Shown here one piece after another: positions 48,805 to 59,384 of a stretch of DNA of 64,000 nucleotides. The position numbers were made by a program, and so were the translations under genes. This stretch comes from a bacterium (GTDB taxonomy: Bacteria > UBA8248). The stretch is taken from contig CBDBEV010000001.1 in NCBI GenBank assembly GCA_965204535.1, positions 2,240,001 through 2,304,000 of the forward strand, read 5' to 3'. Position 1 is the stretch's first letter. Each line of letters opens with the position of its first letter. The notes beneath the pieces are model-generated. The model saw only the letters and a list, made by a program, of their open reading frames with translations, did no database searches and was not told where the DNA came from.

Positions 48805-49485
48805 ATGAGCGCCTACCGGCTTCTGCAGATATCCGATTCCGCCTTCCCGCGCGGCGCCTTCGCGCATTCCTACGGCCTCGAAACCTACGTGGCGGAAGGG
48901 GCCATCGCCTCAGCGGCGGAGCTCGAAGAATTCATCGCCTCCGTCCTGCGCCACGGCGTGGCGACGCTCGACGGCGTCTACCTGCGCGAAGCGTTTCTGG
49001 CGAAAGGGGAGGACGACCTGCCGAAAGTCCTGGCGCTTGATGCCGCCTACGACGCCGCGCGGCCCGTGAAATCGCTGCGCGATGCGAGCAGGAGCGTGGG
49101 CCGCCAGTTCCTGCGCACGGCGCGGGGTTTCATAAGGGATACTTTGCTGGACGAGTTGGAAGAGGAGGCGAGGGTGGATCGGACTTCCGGCCACTACCCG
49201 ATAACACTTGGCTGCGTCGCCGGGGCCTTGGGACTTGGTTTTGAAGAGGGCCTCGAATCGCTTTGCTACGGCGTCGTCTCCGGCCTGGTATCCGCCGCGG
49301 TGCGGCTGGTCCCGCTCGGCCAGACGGAAGGCCAGCGCGTCATCTCGAATCTGGAAGGCGCGGTTCACGAGGCGGTCGAGACGGCTACTGCGCTTTCCTT
49401 GGAAGACGCGCACTCCTGGGGGCCGGGGCACGAGATAAGGGCCATGACGCACCGGAGGCTTCACACGCGATTGTTCGTTTCTTGA
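48805..49485 (+). CDS. ureF: Urease accessory protein
   Basis: [31 protein letters not shown] end. Confidence 0.95.
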   Translation: MSAYRLLQISDSAFPRGAFAHSYGLETYVAEGAIASAAELEEFIASVLRHGVATLDGVYLREAFLAKGEDDLPKVLALDAAYDAARPVKSLRDASRSVGRQFLRTARGFIRDTLLDELEEEARVDRTSGHYPITLGCVAGALGLGFEEGLESLCYGVVSGLVSAAVRLVPLGQTEGQRVISNLEGAVHEAVETATALSLEDAHSWGPGHEIRAMTHRRLHTRLFVS

Positions 49486-49496
49486 TGAGGAGGACG

Positions 49497-50114
49497 ATGA
49501 TGGAGAAAGCGCCCGTAAAGATAGGCGTGGGCGGGCCGGTCGGCTCCGGCAAGACGGCCCTGGTGGACAGGCTGTGCAAGCGGATGCGCGATACATACGC
49601 CATCGCCGTGGTGACGAACGACATCTACACGAAAGAGGATGCGGAGTTCCTGACGCGGAGCGGCGCGCTCGCAGCCGAGCGGATATCGGGCGTGGAGACG
49701 GGCGGATGTCCGCATACGGCGATCCGCGAGGACATATCCCTGAACCGCGAGGCCATGGAGATACTCGCCCGCGATTTTGACCCCTTGGACATCATTTTCG
49801 TGGAAAGCGGGGGCGACAACCTCGCCGCCACCTTCAGCCCCGAACTCGTGGACGCGTCGATCTACGTCATCGACGTGTCGGCGGGGGACAAGATTCCCCG
49901 AAAGGGCGGCCCCGGCATCACGCGCTCCGAACTCCTGCTGATCAACAAGATAGACCTGGCCCCGCTCGTGGGCGCGAGCCTCGAAGTCATGGACCGCGAC
50001 GCGCGCAAGATGCGCGGCGAGCGGCCGTTCCTGTTCACCAACCTGAAAGCCGAGCAGGGCCTGGATGAGGTGATCGGCTGGATCGAGCGCGAACTCCTCT
50101 TCGTGGGGGCCTGA
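49497..50114 (+). CDS. ureG: Urease accessory GTPase
   Basis: [26 protein letters not shown]; start moved to ATG 49497/49500 (GAGGAGG RBS). Confidence 0.97.
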   Translation: MMEKAPVKIGVGGPVGSGKTALVDRLCKRMRDTYAIAVVTNDIYTKEDAEFLTRSGALAAERISGVETGGCPHTAIREDISLNREAMEILARDFDPLDIIFVESGGDNLAATFSPELVDASIYVIDVSAGDKIPRKGGPGITRSELLLINKIDLAPLVGASLEVMDRDARKMRGERPFLFTNLKAEQGLDEVIGWIERELLFVGA

Positions 50115-50971
50115 TGCCGCTCGCGAGCGCCACGGCGCCCTCCCGGGTGGGACGCCACGGCGTCGCGCTCGCGCATTTTAAGCGTTCGGGGAGCCGTACA
50201 TATCTCGCGGATTCATTCTTCCGCGTGCCGCTTCAAGTGATGCGCCCCCTCTACCCCGAGGGGGGAACCCCGGCCCACATGACGCTCATCAACCCCACGG
50301 GCGGGCACGTGGGCGGCGATCTGCTGGAACTCGAAATCGCGCTCGATGAGGGCGCGTGCGTCTTGTGGACGACGCAGGGAGCCACCAAGGTCTACAAAAG
50401 CCTGGGCGAGCCGGTGGCCTCGACGACCAAAATCGAGATGGATTCAGGGAGCGGTCTCGAACTCCTGCCCGACCCCGTCATCCCCTATGCCGATTCCATC
50501 TATTTACAGGAGACGCGAATCTCCATGGCCGAGGGCGCGAAACTCCTCTACGGGGAATCGCTCTATCACGGCCGGGTCGCCTCGGGCGAGCATTTTGATT
50601 ATTCCACTCTGGGGTTGAAACTGCATATCGACTACGCGGGCGCGCCCCTCTTGCGCGACGTGATGGAGGTGAAGCCGGAAGATTCGAATCCCGAGCGCCT
50701 GGGCCTGTTCGAGCCGTATCCTTATCTCGGTTCTTTCTACATCGGGGGCGGGTCGGATGAAGAGTTGAACCTCATCGCGGAGCAGGTCGATTCTCTGCTG
50801 TCTGAAGCTTCCGGCCTGGCGGGCGGCTGCTCGCGGCTTTCCGGCCCCGGCGCGCTCGTCCGCTGGCTCGCGGATTCGCCCGAAGTCTTGAGGAAGACCC
50901 ACTTTGAAATCTGGAACGTCGCCAGAAATACGCTTTTCGGCCGGGAGGCGACGCCGCTCAGGAAGTTTTAG
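50114..50971 (+). CDS. ureD: Urease accessory protein
   Basis: NPTGGHVGGD, TTQGATKVYKS, PDPVIPY, GRVASGEHF; last gene of the ure operon. Confidence 0.93.
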   Translation: MPLASATAPSRVGRHGVALAHFKRSGSRTYLADSFFRVPLQVMRPLYPEGGTPAHMTLINPTGGHVGGDLLELEIALDEGACVLWTTQGATKVYKSLGEPVASTTKIEMDSGSGLELLPDPVIPYADSIYLQETRISMAEGAKLLYGESLYHGRVASGEHFDYSTLGLKLHIDYAGAPLLRDVMEVKPEDSNPERLGLFEPYPYLGSFYIGGGSDEELNLIAEQVDSLLSEASGLAGGCSRLSGPGALVRWLADSPEVLRKTHFEIWNVARNTLFGREATPLRKF

Positions 50972-51036
50972 GGGCGCGCGGTCTCGACGAAAGCGGATTC
51001 GTGAAACCTCCTGACGGGTCAAAAAGCGATGGTTCT

Positions 51037-51176
51037 GTAGGGGAGGACATATATGTCTGACCTGTGTGTCCTCCCCCTGCACGACGTTTTGATTGTGAGC
51101 TGTATGTAGGGGCCGCATACATGCGGCCCATGACCGGACGGCGAAAAATCTTGGGTCGCATATATGCGACCCCTAC
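51037..51176. repeat. GTAG REP hairpins including a REPIN-like doublet
   Basis: gtaggggaggaca...tgtcctcccc; gtaggggccgcatacatgcggccc (51107) and gggtcgcatatatgcgacccctac (51153-51176). Confidence 0.8.
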
Positions 51177-51196
51177 AGACCAAACCCGGCCGAGAA

Positions 51197-51402
51197 GGGG
51201 TTGTTGAAAAAGCCTTTGTTAAAAGAATAACCCCCCCTACCCCCCCTTGTCAGGGGGGTATGAAAAGGCGATGCGCCCCCGCCGGGCTGAGGGGCTTTTG
51301 CTCTTTTTTACCCCCCTGACAAGGGGGGGTAGGGGGGGTTGGTTTTCTGAGCGAGAGGGGTGTTCCCTCTGCCCCCCGAAAAGGAATTTTTTCAACGGCC
51401 CC
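51197..51402. mobile_element. MITE-like TIR element with poly-C/poly-G palindrome
   Basis: ggggttgttgaaaaa ... tttttcaacggcccc; inner IR 51229-51340 homologous to 8561-8666. Confidence 0.8.
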
Positions 51403-51420
51403 CTAAAGTCCGGCTCGCTG

Positions 51421-52443
51421 CTACTCTTCCGTGCTCTGGAAGTGGGGGAGGACTTCTTCACCTAGCAGGCGGATCGCGTTCATTATCTTGGCGTGATCGA
51501 GACCCGGGAACTGGATACGGAAGTGCATCGAGGTCGTTCCGAGTTCCTCCCGGTATCGTTCAATCTGGCGGATGCAGTCATCCGGCGAGCCCAGGATGAA
51601 GCGCTGCCTGAGATTTTCCGTGGCCTCGGCGCCTCGCTCCACGGGCTGGCCCTCGTCGTCCACGAGATGGCCCCAATCGAGATACTCCTGGTAGTTGTAG
51701 AGGATGGGTTCGCGCGCCTCCTCCCAGGCTTGTTCGCTCTCTTCGGCCACGTAGGCTTCTCGCCTCAGGGGGAATTCCACGCCGGACGTGTCCTTCCCCG
51801 CCTCGGCCAGGGCGTCGAGATAGACCTGTTTCCGCTCCTTGAGCAGCTTGAGCGGCGTGACCGGGTCGGCGAGCCATGCGTCTCCCATGCGCGCGGCGCG
51901 GCGGACGGCGGCGGGCAGCTTGGCTCCCACCCAGATGGGCGGGCAGGGCTTCTGCTCAGGCCGGGGCATGAGGGTGACGTCCTCCATCGGGAAGCAAGGG
52001 CCCGGGTGCGTCACGCCCCGCTCCGTCAGCAGCCTGCGAAGGAGCCCTAAAGCTTCTTCGAAACGCGCGGCGCGGTCCTCGAAAGGAACATTGAACGCCG
52101 CGAATTCCTCCCGCCTGTAGCCGAGTCCCACCCCCAGCACGAAACGGCCCCGCGACATGATGTCCAGCACCGCGGCGTCCTCGGCCACCGCCAGCGGGTG
52201 ATAGAAGGGCAGGAGGAGGACGCAGGTGCCGACGCGCATCTTCTCCGTGCGGGTGGCGATGCCGGCGGCGGTCACCATGTTGGAGGGGAAATAGCCGTTG
52301 TCTTCCACCATGTGGTGCTCGCTCGTCGTCACCATGTCGAAGCCGTACTGCTCCGCCAGTTCGATCTGCTCCAGCGAATTGTGATAGGCGTCCACCCAGT
52401 GCCCGGTGCGGGACTGGTAGCTGTAGTGCAAGGCGAACTTCAT
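51421..52443 (-). CDS. LLM class flavin-dependent oxidoreductase
   Basis: GFDMVTTSEHH, HPLAVAEDAAVLDIMSRGRFVLGVGLGYR, PPIWVGA; start moved to 52443. Confidence 0.92.
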   Translation of the reverse strand: MKFALHYSYQSRTGHWVDAYHNSLEQIELAEQYGFDMVTTSEHHMVEDNGYFPSNMVTAAGIATRTEKMRVGTCVLLLPFYHPLAVAEDAAVLDIMSRGRFVLGVGLGYRREEFAAFNVPFEDRAARFEEALGLLRRLLTERGVTHPGPCFPMEDVTLMPRPEQKPCPPIWVGAKLPAAVRRAARMGDAWLADPVTPLKLLKERKQVYLDALAEAGKDTSGVEFPLRREAYVAEESEQAWEEAREPILYNYQEYLDWGHLVDDEGQPVERGAEATENLRQRFILGSPDDCIRQIERYREELGTTSMHFRIQFPGLDHAKIMNAIRLLGEEVLPHFQSTEE

Positions 52444-52621
52444 GTTTCGTCCTCCTGAACGCATGCGGTTTCGCCGGAAACGGCTGCGTTCCCGCCATGT
52501 GACGCGAAGCCCGGGGGCGGCGATTTCAAGGGCGAACTTCGCTCCGCGCCCCCGGCCGGCCTCAGGCGCCGGGGCCGGCCGGGGCCGTTATTCTCGGTCT
52601 TGCGCAACTACCGCGAAGCGG

Positions 52622-53584
52622 TTATTTCTTCTTCACGAGCTTGTCCACGAGCGCCTTCATGTTCTTGTTTTCCTCCACCATGAAGGATTCGAAGTCCTTT
52701 CCGCTCATGTAGATCACCCGTTCGCCCATGCGCTTCACCATGGACTGGAAGGATTTGTCCTTCACGCCCTTGTCGAAGGCCGCCCGGAGCTGGGCCAGGA
52801 TGTCCGCGGGCGTCTTCTTCGACGCGAAGACCGTCCGGAACATGGCGAACTGCACGTCGAAGCCCTGCTCCTTCATGGTGGGCAGGTTCGGAAGCTGGGG
52901 CAGCCGGTCCGGCGCCGTAATTGCGAGAACGCGGACATTTCCCTTGGAGAGCTGGGGCATCACCGTGGAGGCGAAGGCGGGGGCGATATCGATGTGCCCG
53001 CCGAGGAAGGCCTTCCAGGTGGGGCCGCCGCCCTGGAACGGGACGAACTTCAGCTTGATGCCCGCCTTGAGCGAGAGAAGCTCCATGGGAATCTGGTCCA
53101 CCCCCAGGCCGGGGACGCCCCCGAAGGAGATCTTGCCCGGCCTGCGCTTGGCGTCCTCTATCAGGTCGCGCAGGTTCTTCCAGGGGGCGTCTTTCTTCAC
53201 GGTGATGAGAAGGGGGCTGTAGTTGATCCGCCCCACCGGCACGAAGGACGCCGAGGTATAGGGAAGGCTCTCGATGAGAGGCTTCACCAGGATGCTCTGC
53301 TGATCGCCCAAAATCAGGGTGTGTCCGTCCGCCCGGGCGCGGGCCACGAAGCTCGCTCCGATGGAGCCGCCGCCGCCCGCCCGGATGACCGCGAGCATGG
53401 GCTGGCCCAGATAGGGTTCCATGACGCTCGCGAAGGCGCGCGCGTGCGCGTCGTGCGAGCCGCCCGGCGAATAGGGAATGACCAGCCGGACGGGCTTGTT
53501 CGGGAACTTCGCGGCCTCCAAGTGGGTCGGCGCCAGCCACAGCGCCATGGCCGCGATGAGCAAAATTGCCGAGAGTCGTTTCAT
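52622..53584 (-). CDS. tctC: Tripartite tricarboxylate transporter substrate-binding protein
   Basis: Signal peptide; FPNKPVRLVIPYSPGGSHD, VPFQGGG, PNLPTMKEQG. Confidence 0.93.
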   Translation of the reverse strand: MKRLSAILLIAAMALWLAPTHLEAAKFPNKPVRLVIPYSPGGSHDAHARAFASVMEPYLGQPMLAVIRAGGGGSIGASFVARARADGHTLILGDQQSILVKPLIESLPYTSASFVPVGRINYSPLLITVKKDAPWKNLRDLIEDAKRRPGKISFGGVPGLGVDQIPMELLSLKAGIKLKFVPFQGGGPTWKAFLGGHIDIAPAFASTVMPQLSKGNVRVLAITAPDRLPQLPNLPTMKEQGFDVQFAMFRTVFASKKTPADILAQLRAAFDKGVKDKSFQSMVKRMGERVIYMSGKDFESFMVEENKNMKALVDKLVKKK

Positions 53585-53653
53585 GTGAATTCCCTCCTGT
53601 GGGTTGTGATTGCCTTCTCTGAAATCGTGCGCCCAGATTCAGTGAAACCCTCC

Positions 53654-55159
53654 TCATTCATCGCTGCCCAGCGGGGTTCGGCGGCGGGCGCCCCAGACGA
53701 CGAACCCCGCGGCCAGCAACAGGAAAACGAGCGATATAGGCCGGCGGATGAACAGGGAGAGGTCGCCGTCTCCCAGAATGAGCGATTGTCCGAGGGAAGA
53801 CTCGAACGCCTGCCCCAGAATGAAGGTGATGATCAGGGGCGCGACCGGGAAATCGAATTTTCTCAGAAAATAGCCCACCGCACCGAATACCAGCATCACC
53901 TTCACGTCGAAGAAGCTGTTGTTCAGCGCGTACGTCCCCACCACGCAGAACGCCGCCACCACGGGGAAGACCGCCCGTTTCGGGAACCGCGCGATCATGG
54001 CCACGTAGCGCAGGCTGAAGTGCCCGAGGACGAGCATGAGGGCGTTGCAGAGCAGCATGGCGATCAGGATGCTGTAGACGATCGCGCCGTGCTCCTCGAA
54101 AAGTCGCGGCCCCGGCCGGAGCCCCTGCACCATGAAGGCGGCGAAGAGCACCGCGGTCACGATGTCGCCCGGTATCCCGAAGCTGAGCAGGGGGATGAGG
54201 CTCGAACCGTTGACCGCGTTGTTGCCGGTCTCGGCGGCGGCTACGCCCTCGAGCGATCCCTTCCCGAACCGCTCGGGCTCCTTCGACCTCCGGTGGGCCA
54301 GGCCGTAGGAGACGAACGCGGACACCACCTGGCCCAGGCCTGGTATTGCGCCAATGATCGTGCCGACCACCGCCGAGCGCGAAATCGTCCGGCCGCAGCT
54401 CTTGAACTCCTCCAGGGTCAGGGGTTCGTTGCCCTCGGCATTCCATGCGGTCACGCGCTTCTCGTCCTCGGCCACCCGCTCCTCCCGGGTCCTCTCTCCG
54501 TAGAGGAATATCTCGGAGAGCGCGAAGATTCCGATGAGCATCGCGATGAAAGAGATTCCCCCGGTCAGGTCCACCGAGCCGAAGGTGAAGCGCCGCACCC
54601 CGATCAGGGGGTCGAGGCCGACCGAGCTCAGGAACAGCCCGAGGGCGGCGGCCATCAGCCCCCGGATCACCGAGCGGCCGGTGACGCAGCTGATGATGGC
54701 GAAGCTGAACACGAAGATGGCGAAGTATTCAGGCGGCCCCACCAGGAGGGCGACCGCCGCGATGGCGCCCGCGATGAAGATGGTGACGATATCGCTGAAG
54801 GTGTCCCCGATGACGGAGGAATAGAGCGCCATCTCCAGGGCCTTCCTCGCCTTTCCCTGCTGGGAGAGGGGGTAGCCGTCCAGGACGGTGGCCGCGGCCG
54901 CGCCCGTCCCCGGCGTGTTGATGAGAATCGCGGGTATCGATCCGCCGAAAATCGCTCCCTTCGTGATGGCCAGGAGGAAGGGAATCCCCAGAACGGGTTC
55001 GACGAAGAACGAGATCGGCAGCAGAACCGCCACCGCCATGGCGGCCGTGAGGCCGGGGAGGCCGCCCACCACGATCCCCAGCAGCATCCCGATCACCAGG
55101 ACGGCGAGCACGTCGAAGCGCAGGCTCAGGAGCAGGCCTTCCCCCAACTGGGCCCACAT
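53654..55159 (-). CDS. tctA: TctA family permease
   Basis: ILINTPGT..LDGYPL, GVAAAETGNNA, SFGIPGD. Confidence 0.95.
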   Translation of the reverse strand: MWAQLGEGLLLSLRFDVLAVLVIGMLLGIVVGGLPGLTAAMAVAVLLPISFFVEPVLGIPFLLAITKGAIFGGSIPAILINTPGTGAAAATVLDGYPLSQQGKARKALEMALYSSVIGDTFSDIVTIFIAGAIAAVALLVGPPEYFAIFVFSFAIISCVTGRSVIRGLMAAALGLFLSSVGLDPLIGVRRFTFGSVDLTGGISFIAMLIGIFALSEIFLYGERTREERVAEDEKRVTAWNAEGNEPLTLEEFKSCGRTISRSAVVGTIIGAIPGLGQVVSAFVSYGLAHRRSKEPERFGKGSLEGVAAAETGNNAVNGSSLIPLLSFGIPGDIVTAVLFAAFMVQGLRPGPRLFEEHGAIVYSILIAMLLCNALMLVLGHFSLRYVAMIARFPKRAVFPVVAAFCVVGTYALNNSFFDVKVMLVFGAVGYFLRKFDFPVAPLIITFILGQAFESSLGQSLILGDGDLSLFIRRPISLVFLLLAAGFVVWGARRRTPLGSDE

Positions 55160-55160
55160 C

Positions 55161-55643
55161 CTAGAAAACCCCGCCGAAAAGCCTGCCTTCCGGCAGCACG
55201 ACGCCCAGAAAATGTCCGAAGAAGACCCAGATGAAGAGCGGGGTGAGCAAGACGATCAGCGCGAGGGTCCGCCATTCGCGCATCCCGAGCTGAAAGGCGA
55301 ACAGGGCGACAGCGACGGGGGTGGCGGGGAGCATACCGAACCACTCGACGAGGAAGATGTAGAGGACGAAGGTGGCGAACGGCGCCAGGGCGCGGGCCCG
55401 AAGCGGCCCGCCGGGAGGAGGCTCACGCCCGGAGGAGGGGGCGAACCAGGCTCGCGCGGTCATCAGGGCGGCCATGAGCGCCAGCAGGGAGAGGGCCAGA
55501 GCGGGGAAGGCGCCGGGTGGAAACGGGATGGTCCGCTCCCCCAGCTTTCGGAGCAGCACCTGGCTGGGTATCAGCGCAAGCCCTGTCAGGCTGAAGGCGA
55601 GAACGAAAAGCCCGACCCACGTTTCCCAGTGAAACCGCTTCAT
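55161..55643 (-). CDS. tctB: TctB family small membrane subunit
   Basis: PPGAFP, TM helices, LGVVLPEG end; adjacent to tctA. Confidence 0.88.
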   Translation of the reverse strand: MKRFHWETWVGLFVLAFSLTGLALIPSQVLLRKLGERTIPFPPGAFPALALSLLALMAALMTARAWFAPSSGREPPPGGPLRARALAPFATFVLYIFLVEWFGMLPATPVAVALFAFQLGMREWRTLALIVLLTPLFIWVFFGHFLGVVLPEGRLFGGVF

Positions 55644-56020
55644 GGTGCTCTGCCTCCAGCCGAGCGCTCATGACTGCAAGGCCGGCTCTCCGAGCAAAGC
55701 GCAGCGATGATCGACCTGACGCTCCTCCGCGGAAAACGGCTCGGCGAAGGATCACGCTTCCGGCGGCCTTTTTGGGGGCCGAGGGAGCCGTCATTTCGAT
55801 TTCTGCTATGCACACAGATTACGGGAGCGTGTCTTTCGGGTCAAACGGAATTGTTTCCCGACCCGCTCCGCGGCCGCTTTTTCACCGGGTGAGCATGGGG
55901 AAATCTCCTGTATGTTTTCCCTTTGCGATTTCGCCTCGGTTGCCACCCCAAAACCCCTTGTGTAATGTTGATCGAACCGAAAAGACAGATTCTCTAAATT
56001 CCTGCACGAGGGAGGGTGCC

Positions 56021-57409
56021 ATGGCTACAAAGACCAAGGTAGATGTCCTGATCGAGAACGGAACCGTCGTTACCGTGGACCCTGAGCGGCGGGTCATCCG
56101 AAACGGCGCGGTCGCCATCACGAGGAACCGGATCAAGGACGTCGGGAAGGCTTCGGCGCTCCGGAAAAAATACGAGGCCAAACGGACCTACGACGCCACC
56201 ATGAAGCTCGTCACCCCCGGCCTCATCAACGCGCACATCCATTTCTACCACCACATGCACCGGGGTCTCTCGCCCGAGACCCTGGCGGGGATGATGTGGT
56301 CCGACTTCGTTCACCGCAAGGTCGCCACCATCGTGAGTGCGGAGGACGAGATATGGGGCGGACTCGGGATTCTGGTCGAAACCCTGAAGACCGGCGTTAC
56401 GACCTTCCTCGAGGCGGGCTCCTACAACATCGGCCCCGTCATCGAGGGCGTCTCCCGCATCGGAATGCGGGGCCTGATGGGCCGCAGGTCCTTCGATATG
56501 GTGAGCCAGGGCCACGACATGCTGGTCGATAGCACCCGGAAGTGCCTGAACGAAAACGAGAAGTTCATGAAGGACTACCGGGGCGGGGTGGGGCTCGTGA
56601 AACCCTGCGTCGTCGTCGTGGGGATGGGGCGTTGCTCCGACAGGCTCTACGTCAAGTCCAAGGAGATGGCGGATGAGTACAAGACCATCCTCCACATGCA
56701 CCAGGCCAACATGATCGAGAACGTCCAGGAGAGCCTGAGCTTGAACGGCGCCCGCCCCATCGAGCACCTCTACAACATCGGCGCCCTCGGAAAGAACGTG
56801 GCCCTCACCCACATGATCCACGTGAGCGCGAAGGAGATCGGGCTTCTCGCCGAGACGCGGGCGAACGTCCTGCATTGCCCGAGCACCGCCATGAAGATCA
56901 GCTACGGCCTCGCCGCCTTCGGGAAGTTCCCGGAGATGATGGAGGCGGGCGTCAACGTCGCCATCGGGACCGACGCGTCCGACTGCTCGAACTTCAACGA
57001 CATGGTGCGACTCATGTTCCTGGCGGCGGCGACGCCCAAGGACTACCGCTACGACCCGGCTGCGGGGAGCGCCGAGAAGGCCATCGAGATGGCGACCATC
57101 AACGGCGCAAAGGCGATGAACATGGAGCGGGAGATCGGCTCCCTGGAACCCGGCAAGAAGGCCGACGTCGCCATCTTCGACATGAAGCGGCCGGACTGGG
57201 TTCCCCTCTACAACGAACTCCAGAATTTCGTCTATTCGGCCCAGGGCAACAGCTGCGAGAGCGTCATGATCGACGGGAAGTTCGTGATGGAAAACCGCGA
57301 GGTCAAGACGATAGACGAGATGGAGATCGTGGAGCAGGTCGGGCGCCTGGCGAAAGGGGTCATGAAGCGGAGCAAGGTGCCGCTCTACAGCCCGTGGAAG
57401 TTCATCTAG
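56021..57409 (+). CDS. Metal-dependent amidohydrolase, MTA/SAH deaminase and AtzA/TrzA-like family
   Basis: PGLINAHIH, HCPST, IGTD, ATINGAKA, GSLEPGKKAD; start moved to ATG 56021 (GGAGGG RBS). Confidence 0.9.
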   Translation: MATKTKVDVLIENGTVVTVDPERRVIRNGAVAITRNRIKDVGKASALRKKYEAKRTYDATMKLVTPGLINAHIHFYHHMHRGLSPETLAGMMWSDFVHRKVATIVSAEDEIWGGLGILVETLKTGVTTFLEAGSYNIGPVIEGVSRIGMRGLMGRRSFDMVSQGHDMLVDSTRKCLNENEKFMKDYRGGVGLVKPCVVVVGMGRCSDRLYVKSKEMADEYKTILHMHQANMIENVQESLSLNGARPIEHLYNIGALGKNVALTHMIHVSAKEIGLLAETRANVLHCPSTAMKISYGLAAFGKFPEMMEAGVNVAIGTDASDCSNFNDMVRLMFLAAATPKDYRYDPAAGSAEKAIEMATINGAKAMNMEREIGSLEPGKKADVAIFDMKRPDWVPLYNELQNFVYSAQGNSCESVMIDGKFVMENREVKTIDEMEIVEQVGRLAKGVMKRSKVPLYSPWKFI

Positions 57410-57436
57410 TCCCGGCTACCCGGACGAGGAACCCTC

Positions 57437-58570
57437 ATGACGCGCATCGCCACCACCCACGTCGGGTCGCTGCCGCGCAGCCGGCGGGCGCTCGATTTTC
57501 TCTTCGCCCGCGACCGGGAGGAGCCCTACGACGCGGAAGAGTTCGCCGCCTGCATGGCGGAAGAATGCGCGGAGACGGTTCGCAAACAGGTCGAAGCTGG
57601 AGTCGACATCGTCTCCGACGGCGAGACGTCGAAGATTTCCTACACCACCTACGTCAAGAACCGCTACACCGGCTTCTCGGGCAACAGCGCGCGAGCCGTA
57701 CCGGGGGACCTCAAACTCTTCCCGCGCTATCTCGAACGCCTCGCGAGCCAGGGCGGGACGCCCAAGCTCGTCCGCCCGCAATGCACCGGGCCGGTCGCGC
57801 CCAAGGACGACTTGGAGCTTCGGGCCGACATCGCCAATATGAAGAACGCGATGGCGGCGCACGGTGCGGAGCGCGGATTCCTGAACGCGGCGTCGCCCGG
57901 CGTGGTCGCGCTGTTCATGCCGAACGCCTACTACCCCTCCCGCGAGGCCTACATGGAGGCCCTCGCCGACGCGCTGAAGGCGGAATACGACGCGATACTC
58001 GCGGCGGGCTTCGACCTGCAGCTCGACTGTCCCGACTTGGGCCTCGCGCGCCACGTGCTGTATGAGGATCGCACAGACGCCGAGTTCGGCGAGATCGCGG
58101 CGGCCAATGTCGAGGTACTGAACCACGCGCTGCGCGACGCCGACCCGGCGCGGGTGCGGGTCCACATCTGCTGGGGCAATTACGAGGGGCCCCACGTGTG
58201 CGACGTCGGGCTGGACCACGTGTTCTCCGCCCTGATGTCGGCGCGCGCCCGCTACGTCCTGTTCGAGAACGCCAACCCGCGCCACGAGCACGAGTGGACC
58301 GTATTCCGCGACCGGCTGGCCGAGATACCCGGGGAGACGATACTCGTGCCGGGCGTCATCGACACGACGAGCAACTTCGTGGAGCATCCGGAACTCATCG
58401 CGCAGCGGATCGGGCGCTTCGTGGAAATCGTGGGTCCGGAGCGGGTGGTCGCCGGAACCGACTGCGGGTTCGGGACCTTCGCCGGCTTCGGGTCGGTCGA
58501 CCCCGACATCGTCTACGTCAAGCTCGCGGCCCTGGCCGAGGGCGCCGCCATCGCGTCCGGGAGAATCTGA
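57437..58570 (+). CDS. Cobalamin-independent methionine synthase II family protein, second paralog
   Basis: TTHVGSLPR, SDGE, HICWGNYEGPH, FENANPRHEHEW, DCGFGTFAG. Confidence 0.92.
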   Translation: MTRIATTHVGSLPRSRRALDFLFARDREEPYDAEEFAACMAEECAETVRKQVEAGVDIVSDGETSKISYTTYVKNRYTGFSGNSARAVPGDLKLFPRYLERLASQGGTPKLVRPQCTGPVAPKDDLELRADIANMKNAMAAHGAERGFLNAASPGVVALFMPNAYYPSREAYMEALADALKAEYDAILAAGFDLQLDCPDLGLARHVLYEDRTDAEFGEIAAANVEVLNHALRDADPARVRVHICWGNYEGPHVCDVGLDHVFSALMSARARYVLFENANPRHEHEWTVFRDRLAEIPGETILVPGVIDTTSNFVEHPELIAQRIGRFVEIVGPERVVAGTDCGFGTFAGFGSVDPDIVYVKLAALAEGAAIASGRI

Positions 58571-58704
58571 GGCGCGCCGCAACCGGCGGGCGAAGCTGAA
58601 AGCCCCCTTCCGGAGAAACTGACGTGGGAAAACAACGGCTCGAAAACAGGCCTTGCATAATGACCTGTTTATGGACTATATTTGGTTCGGCAAGGAGGGA
58701 GCCA

Positions 58705-58980
58705 ATGAGCCTGTCCAGCCGAATCAAGCCAATCAGTTATCTCAAGGCCCACGCTTCGGAGATTGTGCGCACGCTTCGCGATGAAGGGGAACCCTTGATC
58801 ATCACCCAGAACGGTGAAGCCAAGGCGGTCGTGCAGGATATCGACGCCTACGAGCAGATGCAGGAGACCATGGCGCTGCTCAAGATCCTCGCGCTGGGGA
58901 GCCGCCAGATCGAAGAGGGCCGGGTGCAACCAGCCGCCGACATCATCGCGCGTTTGCGGGAGCGGCGACAGACTTCCTGA
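58705..58980 (+). CDS. Phd/YefM family antitoxin
   Basis: IKPISYLKAHA, PLIITQNGEAKAVVQDI; AGGAGG RBS; start moved to 58705. Confidence 0.92.
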   Translation: MSLSSRIKPISYLKAHASEIVRTLRDEGEPLIITQNGEAKAVVQDIDAYEQMQETMALLKILALGSRQIEEGRVQPAADIIARLRERRQTS

Positions 58981-59306
58981 TGCCCTTTTCGGTGCAGTTG
59001 ACCGATGACGCGGCGCGCGACCTGGAGGAACTCTGCGATTACATCGAAAGACACGATACGCCGGGAAGGGCGGATCATGTTTTGGAACAACTCGAAAAGG
59101 TGTTCGACAACCTGTCCGCGTATCCCCACCGAGGAAACTATCCGAAAGAATTGCTGGAAGTCGGGATTCGGGAGTACCGTGAAGTCTTTTTCAAGCCCTA
59201 TCGTGTTATCTACCAAGTGATAGAAAACGAGGTCTATGTGCTCCTGATCGCAGACGGGCGGCGCGACATGCAGACGTTGCTGGAGCGGCGCTTGCTGCAG
59301 ACATGA
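58980..59306 (+). CDS. RelE/ParE family toxin
   Basis: AARDLEELCDYI, PHRG, YRVIY, DGRRDM; TGATG coupling to the antitoxin. Confidence 0.92.
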   Translation: MPFSVQLTDDAARDLEELCDYIERHDTPGRADHVLEQLEKVFDNLSAYPHRGNYPKELLEVGIREYREVFFKPYRVIYQVIENEVYVLLIADGRRDMQTLLERRLLQT

Positions 59307-59384
59307 CCCCCATCTTTTCACCCGGCCCGGCAACGTTCCCGTCAGGAGATGCGTGTCCGATGGCGGCGATTTCTAAGACGAGCT

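Noticed and set aside
52442-55234. 930-aa plus-strand ORF (likewise 40073-41854, 46384-48009, 23135-24685, 8833-10119)
   Set aside because: Antisense shadows of well-supported genes in GC-rich DNA, with no recognisable motifs.
58705-59306. Toxin-antitoxin pair as a marker of a prophage or integrative element
   Set aside because: No integrase, att-like repeats or phage genes nearby; it looks like a solitary chromosomal module.
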